Shown here piece by piece: positions 52,070-64,000 of a stretch of DNA of 64,000 nucleotides (position 1 is its first letter; each line of letters begins with the position of its first letter). Below the pieces are notes generated by a model. That model saw only the letters and a program-made list of their open reading frames with translations. It was not told the DNA's origin and searched no databases. A program made the position numbers and the translations under genes. The DNA is from Vicugna vicugna (Eukaryota), in NCBI GenBank assembly GCA_013265495.1, contig MU058781.1:9157009-9221008 (forward strand), given 5' to 3'.

Positions 52070-53340
52070 TTTCAAACTCTGGGTAACTCACTCCTAGGTG
52101 ATCTTCAGTTTCATAGTTTAAATGCCATCTGTTTGCTGATGTCCTCTAGTCCAGAATCCAACCTGAACTCCAGCTTCTTATTCAGTATCACCCCTCGGAT
52201 GTCTCTCAGGCATCTCAAACCCAACAAGTTCTGACCTCAACTCCTGGTTTCCATCCAGCAAACCTGTTCTTCCTGCAGTCTTCCCCATCTGAGCAGATGT
52301 CAACTCCACTCTTCCAAACCATCAGGCCAAAACTTTGGGATCATCCCACCCGTCATTACCCACATCAAATCCACCAGCAAAATGGTTGACTCCGTCTTCA
52401 GAGAACATCTATCCAGAATCAAGTCCTTTCCTCCTGCCTCCATGTCTGTATCCGGCCCAAGCCCCGCCTTGTCTCTCGCCTGCTTAAATGCAGCAGCTTC
52501 CTAACTCATCTTCCTGCTTCCTCTCTCTTGTGCCCTTATAGCTGTTTTCTCAGCACAGCAGCTACAGTTCTTTTAGAATTGCTGCTTTGCTTGGGAGCAT
52601 CCAAAGTCTTCGCATCTTAGAGTCAAGCCAATGTCCTGTGGATGTTGGGGCCTCAGTGATCTGAATTGTAATTCCTGCCCCCCCCTTTTTTTTTTACTGT
52701 GTTGTAAACCCACTGTCCTTGTTTTCCTTAAGTCCACCAAGAATTCCTCTCTCTGGGTCTTTGCACTTGCCATGACCTGCCTGGACTGCTGTTTCCCCAG
52801 ATTGGAATCTGCCCTCCATCCTCCCTAACTTTGGGTTTCTGCTCAAATGTCAGTTTACCAGTAAGGGAGTCCTTGACCCAGTTGTCCAAAGCAGCACTTG
52901 GACCTTTGCTCCCTGCATACGCCCCTCTACCCACCTCCCTGACTTTCCTCCGTGGCATTTGTCACTTTTATTTGTGTCCTTTGTCTCTTCTACAGGGACA
53001 TAAGGTTGATGAGGGCAGGGCTTCATTTTGTTAACTGCTGTCCCCCCAGGGCTGGTATCAATGACTGGTACATCCTAGGACACATTTGTGGAATGAACAG
53101 CACCTTTAAGTTCCATGTAAATGTTACTTTTGTAGGGAGCTTTCCGTGATCCTCCAAGTCTGGGTTAAACGTCCCTCCCACCACTCTGTGTTTTCCCCGT
53201 TGCACTGCTGCTCACAATGCATGATGATTTCATGGGTAACATGAAAACTCCGTACGAGCTGTTATCTTTTTCATTGATGAAGCCCCAGCACTTGCAAAGC
53301 GGTCAGCATATTACTGACACTCAAATATTTGTTAAATTAA
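52070..53340 (+). mobile_element. L2 (L2a-like) fragments
   Basis: CTCACTCCTAGGTGATCT...GGATGTCTCTCAGGCATCTCAAAC...CCAAAACTTTGGGATCATCC...GAGGGCAGGG...ATTTGTGGAATGAA; a second tail lies near 53340. Confidence 0.8.
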
Positions 53341-53359
53341 ATGCACATTATATATAATG

Positions 53360-53640
53360 AGACAGGCTTAAAATTCACATATGGAGTTAACTTTTTTAAG
53401 GCACACAATTCAGTGGCATTTCGTACATTCACCATGTTGTGCAGTCATCACCTCAGTTCAGTTTCTAAGCATTTTCATCAACCCCAAAGGAAACTGTACC
53501 TTGTAAGCAGTCAACCCCCGCCCCCCAACTCCCTAACTCACTCCAGCCCCTGGCAACTACTAATCTTCTATCTCTGTGGATTTATCTATTCTGGATATTT
53601 CACATAAATGGAATCATACAACATGGGACTTTTTTGGTCA
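53360..53640 (-). mobile_element. L1MB-type 3' end
   Basis: CAATTCAGTGGCATT...CCCTGGCAACTACTAATCT...TATTCTGGATATTTCACATAAATGGAATCATAC. Confidence 0.85.
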
Positions 53641-55719
53641 TTGAGGTTTTAATATATGTGACTTAGAAAGCCTTTATTATAGCAAGACTCTGTTTTTAAT
53701 ACTTTTGTCATGTGTAGCAAAAAGTTTAACCTGTAATCCCTTTCTTTCTTTCAACTACACACCGCTTGCAAAGGCCAAACGAATTACTGTGAAGGACTTT
53801 CTTCCAAGTTATCACTGATATTTTACTGAAAGCCTTTTCCAGTGCAATGGCTGACTGGCTGTCATCTTTCCCTCTGCCCCCCATCAAATGGCTTTTATTC
53901 CATCCTCCCCCTGCCCCTCCCCCCCACAGTTTACTGTCTCCGCTCCCACCTTGTTCTTGATGCTTGCTGGGATGATGGTATTGGTGGTGGTAAGAGACTA
54001 AAGCTGGAGGGAACTGAAGAAAGTCTTGTCAAGTCATAAAAGGTAGGGAAAATCTGTGAAAGAACTTGTTCCCCAAATCTCAGAATCTTTTTGAAGCTTA
54101 AAGGAGTTAGTTTAAGGGGAAAATAAAAAAGGAGTTTTATTTTATGGAGTAGATTGGATACATACAGGACTTGTTACCCTGGTAAAAAGATAAAAATAAC
54201 TTTAGGGTTTAGACAAATACACAGACAATAATTCAGTAACCGCTGGGGAGAGGAGTTCACATCCAAGGGTAGTTCTATCCTCTCGCACAAATGCCCCCTC
54301 ACTGGGGCAGGCACTGGGCTGACGGGCCATGGGTGGGTCCCCCGGTGACAAGTTAACTGGGGCTTCCCCAGTGGATCTGCTCTTCCTCAGAAATCTTCCT
54401 GGAACTGCCATCAGATTTGGATTTTCAGAGGCTAATTTCCCAAACTCAGTGAACTTGCCCTTGGGTTGGACATTAACATATTTCTGACTTCGGGCTATTT
54501 CAGAACTTGGAGGTGAGAGGGTGACAGACGGAAAGGAAGGCGTAGAAGCCAATGCATGATTTTCCTTGTTATCAAGAGAGGATTCAGATTTTCTCTTGGA
54601 GGAGGCAAAAGTAAAGTTTTTGTTTTACTTTAGGTTTTCACTGGCCCAGTCAATTACCAGGGAACATTTGAGAATTAGCTGAATAGTTCCAAAACTTGGT
54701 ATTTGATGAAACATCGTATGGAAGGAACAGTACCTCTGTTTCTACCCTTTGACTTCAGCTTGCGTTTTCACTTTTAGGTTTTGTAGTAATTTGGAGAGGG
54801 GGCAGTACTGAACCTGTTGAATTCAATCTATTGTAATATCCCAAAACAAGTGTCTGAAACTGATTTGGTCCCCAAATATTGCATTGTTTACCAGATTAAT
54901 GTTAATATGTACGGTTTAAACTGGGGCATGGCAAACGTTTCTCGGAAACAAATAGATGAACAAAAACCAAATATTGTTTCCTTTTGCCTGTGAAAACAGC
55001 TGGATGGCCGAAGGGCACTAAAACCAGCGTGGTGAGATTTTTTTTTTTTTTCCCCAAAAGCTTCGATCTCCAAAAAAGGTGACTAAAAAAACTCACAGGA
55101 GTTTTGACTTCTGAAATTGAGGGTGTGTTTTTCTTTTCAAAATAAATCTGGTGAAATTTAGTGTAAAAGTGAAAATAATGTCCAGGCTTTAGGCATGATG
55201 CAGAGCTTATTAATCTGGAAGCAGAAGGCACTTGGCCAGTTAAAATAATGACTTTAAACAAGGACTACCACTTTCCCAGCAATGGCTGAAACCCAGTGAG
55301 GTCTTTCCAACTGGAGTTGTAATTCGTTCTTCCAGATTACGCGGTTTGGCTTAATACCGAATGAGTAAACTTTCTTAGATGGGGAAAATATAAGCAAAAG
55401 AAAATTAGATTGTAGAGTAGCCTGCCCTGAGCCAGCATTCATGAGAGGGGAAGGCGCATTTGCTAGTTAAAGAGGACATGCTACAGCCTATGGCTAGGAT
55501 GTCCCTTGAAAAGAGATGACAAATCGAAGACAAATGTTTTTCATTTGTCTGGCTTCCAGCAGGAAATAACGAATCAACGCCCACGTGTTTGTTTAGGATC
55601 TACTTCACCTCCAGCCCTGTGCTGGGGATTGTTGGGTCCCATTATCTGGGATGCTTGCATCCCCCATTGTCCTCATCATCATCGCCACCAGCAGCAACAC
55701 AGCCCCCCGGGTGCAATGA

Positions 55720-55880
55720 AATGTGTCCCGCACTTTGAATTTGTTATTTCGTTGAATGTTGGCAAATCCCCTGCAAAGGAGATTTTATTTTACCTATTTT
55801 ACAAATAGGAAAACTCATGTTCAAAGAGATTAAGAAACTTGCCCAAGGTCTTTTATCAGTGGCAGAGTCCAAACCAAAAA
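55720..55880 (-). mobile_element. MIR SINE
   Basis: ATTTTACAAATAGGAAAACT...AGAGATTAAGAAACTTGCCCAAGGTC. Confidence 0.7.
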
Positions 55881-56184
55881 TTCTACATTTTCAATATCTA
55901 TAAATCTGATTAGAATTTACCAAGTTTTTTAAAAATGTATGCTAAATCTTTTTAGTTTTAGTTCTCATGTACTTTGAGGAAGTTTTAGTTCAAAGCAAAG
56001 CTGAAATTTCCATTTTCCATAGTACAACTTAAAGTCATCTTTGAGGCTTTAAGATTATTTTTACTGTACATACATATTAATGGAAAGCGGCCAACCTTTT
56101 GTTCCTCCAAAGACAGTCTCTAATAAATATAGTACATCTGAAATTATTTTATCTTGGCTAACATTTATTTCAGGGACCTACTTT

Positions 56185-57355
56185 TTTTGAGAGAGAATTC
56201 ACATACCATTAAATTCATCTTTTTCAAGTGGACAGTTCAGTGGTTTTTACTATATTAACAAAGTTATGCAGCCATTACATTTTCACTATCCCAGAAGAAG
56301 GAGACCCTAACTCATTAATAGTTAACACCCCATTCCCCCCTCACCTTAATCTCAGCAACCACTAACCTATTTTCTATCTCTGTAGACTTGCCTATTCTGG
56401 ACATTTCCTAAAGTGGAATCATACAGTATGCAATCTTTTGTGTTTGCCTTTTTTCATACAGTATAATGTTTTCAAGTTTCATCTGTGGTGCAGATGTATC
56501 AGTAATTAATTCTTTTTCGTGATTGTATACTATTCCATTGTATAGCCGTATCTTTTTTTGTTTATACATTCATCAGTTGATAAACACTGTTTGTTTCCAC
56601 TTTCTATTATGAATAATACTTCTGTGAACACTCATGTAAATGCTTTTGTGTAGAAATATGTTTTCAATTCTCTTGGATATATACCCAACAGTAAAATTGA
56701 TGAGTTATAGAGTAACTTTTTGAAGAACTGCCAAACTGTTTACTATGGCAACTGTACCATTTTACTTTCCTGTCAGTAATGTATGTCATTCTAATTTCTC
56801 CAGTTTCCCTACTACTTATTATTGTCCTTTTAATTTTTTTATTATAGCTATCCTAGTAGGTATGAGGTGTTATCTCATCATGGTTTTGATTTGCATTTCC
56901 CTAATGACTAATGATACTGAACATTTTTACATATACTTGTTGGTCATTATATATCTTCTTTGGGAAAATATCTATTCAGGGCCTTTGCCTATTTTTAAAT
57001 TGGGCTGTTTGTATTTTTGTTGTTGGCAGAAGTCTTAAGAGTTCTTTATGTATTCTAGATGTTACTAGACTTTTATCAGGTACACAATTTACAAATTTTT
57101 TCCTGTTCTGTGGCTTGTCTTTCAATTTTCTTGATAGAGCCTTTGAAGTGTGAAATTTTTTAATTTTTATAAAGTTCAGTTTATTTTTTCTCTTGTTTGT
57201 GTTTTTGGTATCATGTCTAAGAAACCATTGCCTCAAGACAGATCAAAAAGATTTATATCTGTGTTCTCTTCCTGGAGTTTTATAGTTTGCTCTTATATTT
57301 AGGTCTTTATTTTTGTATATTTTGGTGTGAGGTAGAGTTCCAACTTTATTTTGTT
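56185..57355 (-). mobile_element. L1MB-type 3' fragment including decayed ORF2 C-terminus
   Basis: ORF 56976-57236(-) reads ...KLNFIKIKKF...PDKSLVTSRIHKELL, resembling the L1 ORF2p C-terminus; typical L1MB 3' UTR at 56190-56700. Confidence 0.9.
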
Positions 57356-57384
57356 TTCTTATTGCTAAAGTTAAGTGTTTTGGC

Positions 57385-57640
57385 AGAATAGCAGAGTGAT
57401 TTAAAACTCAGGCTCTAGAGTCTAACTGCCAAGATTTAAATCCCTCTTCTTCAGTGGCTAGATGTATGATCTTAAGGAAACTCCCTAATTTCTCTGTGCC
57501 TCATCTTTCTCATGTAAACAGTGATAGACTAGCAACTATTTCGTTAGTCTATATTAAAATCCAAATCATAGAATTCATGTAAGAATTGAGTCTGTGCATT
57601 CAAAGTGCTGACAGACAGTAAGCACTGACAGATAATAGTT
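57385..57640 (+). mobile_element. MIR SINE
   Basis: CAGGCTCTAGAGTCTAACTGCC...TTTCTCTGTGCCTCA. Confidence 0.7.
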
Positions 57641-57895
57641 TTATCAGCATCTCTGGCTCCATGAGCTTTCCTTACACCATCTCCTCTATGTATACGTTTT
57701 CAGTGATGGACCTGATAAGTGTCTCATCAAGAATAAGACTTAGATTTATTTAACACACCTCGAATGTTCCAGCAGGGTTGGATGTGGGCCGAGTTTATAG
57801 TTGTAGCTCACTATGAAAAGAAGCCAGGTATTTGGAGAAAGGCATTTCCCATCTTTAACAGAGCTTCACACAAATAGAGACTAAAGCAAGGTGAA

Positions 57896-57985
57896 TGTAT
57901 TCGTTTGCTAGGGCTGCTGCGACAAAGTACGACAAACTGGGTAGTTGAAACAAATTTATTTTTTCACAGTTCTGGAGGCTAGACA
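57896..57985 (-). mobile_element. MLT1 LTR fragment
   Basis: TGTATTCGTTTGCTAGGGCTGC...ACAAACTGGG...CACAGTTCTGGAGGCTAGA. Confidence 0.75.
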
Positions 57986-59449
57986 TTTGTCTTCAGTTTC
58001 CTCTTTTTATCCTCTTTGGTAACCCCGCCCCCTCACCTCCACCCCTCTGGGGGGGCCTGTCTTCTGATCTAGCTAGCATCATTTTGATCATGTAGAAAAT
58101 TAGACACAGAAGCCTAATTCCTAATATGCAAGCAACTTAAAACGTTACCTGTCGATCCAATACTGGACTTCTTACCTGGGTAGTACCACTGAACTCTGAA
58201 CTCCATGTATTTGACTCTCAAATAGGAGGAAAACCTGAAAGCCGAACCCTATTTGCAAAAAAAAAAAAAAAAAAAAAAAACCAAAAAAAAGCTGCAAGTC
58301 CTGGTGTAACTTGTGGCACCCTGCCACGAGTGTTCTTCTGGGGCCAGCTGTCCCACGATCCCTGCAGAACTAACCCTCATGCTCCAGGGCCCGGTGTGGC
58401 CCTTCTGACCCGTCTCTGCTGGGCCCCCATCCACATGAATGGGTTCCAGTAAGAACCAGAAATTACTCCTTCCAGGGGTGGTACATTTTGATGCAGAGGC
58501 AAAGGCAATGATTAACTCTAAAACTGACGTGTCTGTTGTGAAAGTTAGGCATTCACAAGCCCGCGAAGGCAGAGCGTTGGAGAGGAACGCGTTTTTGTTA
58601 GTGCTCTCATCTTTTCATGCAGACAACAAACTGCCTTCGTAGCACTTCGGTCCTACTGAGATGAAAGGTCCTGAATTTGGGTATGAAAATATTTACCAGG
58701 GAACTTTCAGTGCGTGTAACAAGAAGCTTCCAGGTAATTGAGAATTATTTGTCTTCTCATGTGAACTCAGTATTCTTAAAAAGAAAAGGCAAGGGTTAGT
58801 TCTTCCTGGGATTTGGCTTCAACTAATTAATACACAATCGCTAACTTCAGCGAGGGGAGTGGGCAGGGGGTAAACGTGTTGCCTAAGGGAGCCTTCTGTC
58901 AAATGGATAATTCAAAAAAAGTCATTCCTTTTGAGCTCGGAGTCATTAACTCCTCTAGGAACCAACTGTGAGAGTTGTGTTTGAGCTTGTCTTGAAAATG
59001 ACTTTAAAAAAGGAACAGACAAGGGGCTGCGGACTTGGCTGCCGGTTTATTTACACATCTTGAGCAAGGAGCTGCATATACTTGTCTTAAGATCCTTTTG
59101 GAATACTACCAACAACCTCTAGGATCTGATAGACAAATCCATCTATGTTAGAATCAGCCCCTGTTCCAGTGTGGGCCAGGCTCAAAAGTTGTCCTGGACC
59201 CTGGATAACTCATCCCTGTCTTTTTTAATCCAGGGAAAGTAATATTCAAATACATGTTCTTACATACTCCATCATTTGAGTGGATCAACTCAAAGGGAAC
59301 TCTTGTAGGACAAGCTCACTGGCTGGTACTTCGTTCAACATGGGACAGCTCACCGAGGAGCTGTCACATTTGTTGGTTCTTACTCAGTGTGATGAACACG
59401 AGGAAAGGAGAGGGAATTCCAACTGTCGTAGGACCGGGGGCGGATGCGG

Positions 59450-59853
59450 GTATTTTAGTTTGCTAGTGCTCCTGTAAAAAAGTAACAGACTGGGTGGCTT
59501 CAACACCAGAAGTGTATTGTCTCGCACTTCCGGAGGCTGGGAAGTGCAAAGTCAAGGTGTCTGCAGGGTTGGTTCCTTCTGCGGTGGTGAGGGAAGGCCC
59601 TGCTCCCGGCCTCTCCTTGGCTCGCAGTGAGCCATCTTCTCCCTGTGCCCTCCCGCTCTGAGTGCTCTGTGTCCAGAGTTGCCCTTTTATAAGGACGCCA
59701 GTCATACTGGATTAGGGCCCATCCTAATGACCTCATTTTAACTTGCTTATCTCCGTAAAGACCCTGTCTCCAAATAAGGTCACATTCTAAGGTATCGGGG
59801 TGTTAGGACAGCAACACGTGAATTGGGGCGGGGGATGACATTCAACCCACGGT
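59450..59853 (-). mobile_element. MaLR solo LTR (MLT1B/C-like)
   Basis: GGAGGCTGGGAAGT...TATAAGGACGCCAGTCATACTGGATTAGGGCCC...TCTCCAAATAAGGTCACATTCT. Confidence 0.9.
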
Positions 59854-60329
59854 GAGGAGGAGGTGTGGTATTCAGTGAAAACCCGTGTAAGAAGCACCCG
59901 CTGCTACAGAGACGCTGACTTCTGGTAGCCTCGCTGATACACTCAGTGCAGTAACAAATGCTTTCAGTGTCTCAAAAACAACCCTCCTAGAAACAGTCAG
60001 GTTAAGTTCACTGCGTCCTATTAACTAATGCACAGAAGTGCCCAGCACCTTTTGGAAAGATTTTTCACCAGCAGCTGTGAACAGTTTGAAAGACTCAGTA
60101 TTGGATGGGCCATCGTTGTAATTATCAGAGACTTTAACCTCTATGTTAATACCTCACTCACTGATTATTCATTCTGACTAACTGAGGTTCCTGTATTGAA
60201 AACTGTGCTGTAGCGTATTTCATTCTTACCCAGAGGATAAGACAGTGTGTCTTCAGCACTGAATAAAGAAGACAATCTTAATGACAGCTTTTTTAAGACG
60301 CCACGCTTTGGTGGACTGATAGATCTGCC

Positions 60330-60500
60330 TCTTAAAACGTGGATTACTTTGGGCGCGTCCCTTAACCTCTGTGTGCTTCTCTTTCCTTGCCTGTAACGTG
60401 GCTTAGTAATACCTCCCTCATAGAGTTGGAGAGACAGATGGGATCATGCGGGTAAGCTCTTAGTTCGGGACCTTGCACATAGTAGATGCTCAATAAATCA
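60330..60500 (+). mobile_element. MIR SINE
   Basis: CTTTGGGC...CCTTAACCTCTGTG...TAATACCTCCCTCATAGAGTTG...CACATAGTAGATGCTCAATAAAT. Confidence 0.8.
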
Positions 60501-63500
60501 CAGTTGTTGCAACTTGATTATATTTTGTATCTTTATAAACCAAGAATGTGGATCAGGGGCCAGATCTTCAGCGTCTACAGGCTGAGAGCAGGTGGGGAGG
60601 GCCACTTGCCAAGAAGGGGCACGTCCTGAGTCAGAGAGGGGCTCTATAAGCAGGGTGATGCCGAGGAGAGGGCAAAGATAAAAGGTGGTGGTGATGGGAC
60701 CCACACTCTCAAGATCCTGCCCATCTCTGTAAACTGCACAAATCACAGTATCATTGATCTGATTGGGACTTCCTGTGGGCACTGGCATGAAATAGAGGTT
60801 GACGCAAATCTGGTAGAGAGTGCAGGGTGGAGACGAAGTCAGAAGGGCAGAGAGACAGAGGAATCTATGAGTAAGTAAGTAAGAGCTGAAATTCAGAGTA
60901 TTCAACCCTTTAATCACCTACAAATAAATGAGTGAGTGAAGCCCATGTTGTTTAAGATATGATACATCTATTGATAGAAAATCAGAAAAATCTCCTCAAT
61001 CTTGTTATTTCAGTATTCTTCAATGTAATTCATCCCTTATTTAACTTTCAGTTTTCCCTCTAAAGTCTATTCTCTTGGTTCTCTCGGTTGTTTGGTCACT
61101 GGCTTTTCATCTGTATCACTAATCTCTCTGTGTAACTTTCTCCCAAACAGCTTATTCAACTATATCTATTACTTTCCCTATATTTCCGGCTACTTCCAGT
61201 CACTTAGAGTCCAAGTGGGGAGATAGCACTTAGTGGGAAAGTTCACCCTGATCAGCAGACAACTTAAGACCACCCAGAATGAGCCTCTAAACCATTTTTC
61301 CAGCCTCATTTACCACCATTCCTTACAACAAACCCTTTAATCAGGGCAAATAACTTACTGTTTCCCCTGAGTTCCCATTTTCCATGTTTTTTTTCCTCCT
61401 TGGAATAACCCTACTTATCTCCACCTCTTCTTGATCCTATCCCCCCTACTTCCCACCCAAGGCACACATACAAAACTGGAGTCTCCAAGTTCCAGCTCAA
61501 ACACCACCCCTGCCCTTCCAAGAAAACATGAGTCCACTGGCTCTCCTAGGGGATTTTCCTCCAGATGCTATCACACACATCACCTAACAGGATTTTCAGT
61601 TGTATTCTTAATGATTTGCATGGTGGGACTCTCCCCAGAGCCTAGCTCACTGCTTGACATAGAAGGGAAACTCAATATGGATTTTCAAAAGTGAACAGTA
61701 ATAGGGAAAATCCCAAACATCACATAATCCCAAAGCCATCTATATGTGACTTTGGAATGTACTTTAATACACACATTTAGAGAACATCAAACACAAAACT
61801 TCAAGCACAGCCACGAAGCCAGGCCTGTGCACATCCCAGTGGGGTGGGGTGGCCTGGAAAAAGGGTGGGAATCCCTAACAGGAAGGGAGGAAGCGTCTCA
61901 CCCACCAAGCATCCTTCCCCAGCCTCAGTGGCTTATCTAGAAATCAGAGCAACTCCAAATGGCTTAGAGCTCAAGGGTGCAGGGCTGGGTAATTAATAAA
62001 TGACTGTAATGCCTTTGGAAATGGAAGTGCTGTGCAAGTGCTAAATGATAATAATACAAAAATAATCATCTTCCATTATCTTCTTTAAAGATGTAAATGA
62101 CATACTCTTTTAAATCTAAAGAGGGTTCAAGAAACAGCAGTAAGTTTAACAGGGAGGTGCACGAACCGATCATGCAAACCCATTCAGCGTTCTGAACACA
62201 ATTATCGAGCTGACCATCAGCCCTGAAAACAAATTACAGTAGCTAATGACAGGGAACGGTAATTAGCATGTTTTTAGAAAATTACTTGGAAACAAAACTG
62301 TCAACAAAGACCACTCAAATATAGCTGTACACAGCTTAAATAACAGAATACTGTGGTGGCCTACGCCCCAAGTGACATGAAGAAGATGTTAAAACATATT
62401 CAGGGTCCCAAGTCAGTGTCTTCCAAGCGATTATGTACACTGTTTTTAACCTCAGCCCTTCTGGGTCATTCAAAATGTGGTGGAGCGCAGAACGCCCTTG
62501 AACATTCTGCTGTTTAGTAAGTCTTATCCGGGTTCACTGGTATATTGTGGATAAGTCTCTGTCTCCCCTCTCCTTTGCATTTTTTGTTATCTTTGGCATT
62601 CGTTTTTGAAAAAACATGCGCCTCACTTGGAACAAACCCACAAAAGCAAACAACCTTAAAACTTTCCCAGAGGCCCCCACTGCTGCGATCCCCAGGCAGC
62701 CCCAATCCTGTAGAGCCCACCTCCCAGGGATTACAGTGCTGGTGGAGACCCTGGCGGAAGAGTTTCTGGTTAGCTACGACGGAAACTGACATTTACATAT
62801 CTCCATGTTAATTCCCCGCAGACGGTGCAGCTCAGACCCATGATCAGCACGCGGTGGGAGGGAGTGTGGAGGGAAAAAAGGCAGGAGTGGAGGAGGGTAT
62901 GGAACAGGAGACAAGGACAACTGCAAGCCTGAGATTGAAACATGTTCTCTTAGTGTTTCATTAGTAACAGAGCAAAACCAGGGAAATCTAGGAGAGGGTT
63001 CAATAAAAAGTTGCCACTTTTTTTTTTACCAGGAAAGCTCAAGTATAATTCCTCATTTATTGCCTGTAATGAAGGACTGAGCAATTCCTTGCAGTTGTGT
63101 GTGTGCGTTTTAAGGCAAAACAAGTACCAAAAATATTTTTTAAAAAGAAACATATTCAGTGGAATTCTTTCTAAAATGTGTATTCCACATGCTTCTCTGA
63201 CGAGACAGCATCCCAAGTAGGGTAAAGTGTCTTGCTATTGAGGGCTCCAATGTCATTGTTAGAGCCAACTGCCATGGGAAATGCCGGAATATAGTTAGCT
63301 TGGCACCTCATATTACATCATTTCCAAAATGTTTTGGTCCATTTTGGGGTGGTTTTCTCTGTCTCTGGACTTTACTGTCAGGGTGGCAGGTGTCACGTTT
63401 TTGCAGCCCCATACACTTTTCAGTTTCCTGCAGTTTCTCACAAGCTATGGCCTAAAACTGTAACTTGTTAGAATTGTGGCAAGAATGTAGGCTCCTGACT

Positions 63501-63734
63501 GGCTCTGAGTAGGAGCCTGAGAGCAAAGTGACATTCACTGCTTGCTAGAATCCTTTTACTTTTTATCCGTTTCGTGGCCACATTCCAAAGATTTGAGCTG
63601 ACTATATAAATGGGGTACCACTGAAATTAAGAAGAGGTGAATTTCTAGCCTAGAATCTAGGCATCTGATAGACCCAAATTAGACATAACTTTGGCTTTGA
63701 ATTTCATATTTTCAGGATGATACAACATGTAAAC

Positions 63735-64000
63735 ATCATATTTATTTTTAATTAATTTAATTTGTAAAAGTTCCACGAATTGAATGAATGTAATTCTATT
63801 ATAGAGAATTTGTTATACAGAAAAGAGAAACAACCCAAAAATCCACAGTCCTATGGCTCTAACACCACCATGCTTTGCACTTTGCTGTACTTCTTTTCAT
63901 GTTTCCTGTGCATGCTTCTGCAAACTTACTTAAACTGACGTCGTCTATATAAGTTTACATCCCGTTTTTACTTTTTTTTAAATTGAATTATAGTCAGTTG
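63735..64000 (-). mobile_element. Probable ancient L1ME 3' fragment
   Basis: AT-rich antisense L1-tail-like sequence; weak match. Confidence 0.4.

Noticed and set aside
56745..57236. ORFs with protein-like sequence
   Set aside because: Decayed L1 ORF2 and antisense L1 reading frames.
1..64000. Prokaryotic-type systems (CRISPR arrays, operons, defence loci)
   Set aside because: The sequence is clearly mammalian; no regularly spaced repeats or gene-dense structure were seen.

Overview
Mammalian non-coding DNA, either intergenic or within a very large intron. No protein-coding gene, RNA gene or CRISPR-like structure could be recognised; the listed ORFs are chance ORFs or decayed LINE remnants. 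A tRNA-Ala-derived SINE with 13-bp target-site duplications (8902-9070) and short L1 3' ends of one young family suggest a cetartiodactyl, most likely a camelid (inference from recalled repeat families, not a database search). Much of the window is ancient eutherian repeats (L2, MIR, L1M, two near-full-length HAL1, MLT1 and ERV1 LTRs, MER20/MER33/MER2/MER5). Between these lie repeat-free blocks dense in transcription-factor motifs that look like enhancers, plus several exon-like segments with good splice signals, including a 24-nt microexon candidate and a phase-compatible minus-strand chain. I found no clear novel biological system. Repeat names and boundaries are by eye and approximate unless TSD coordinates are given.
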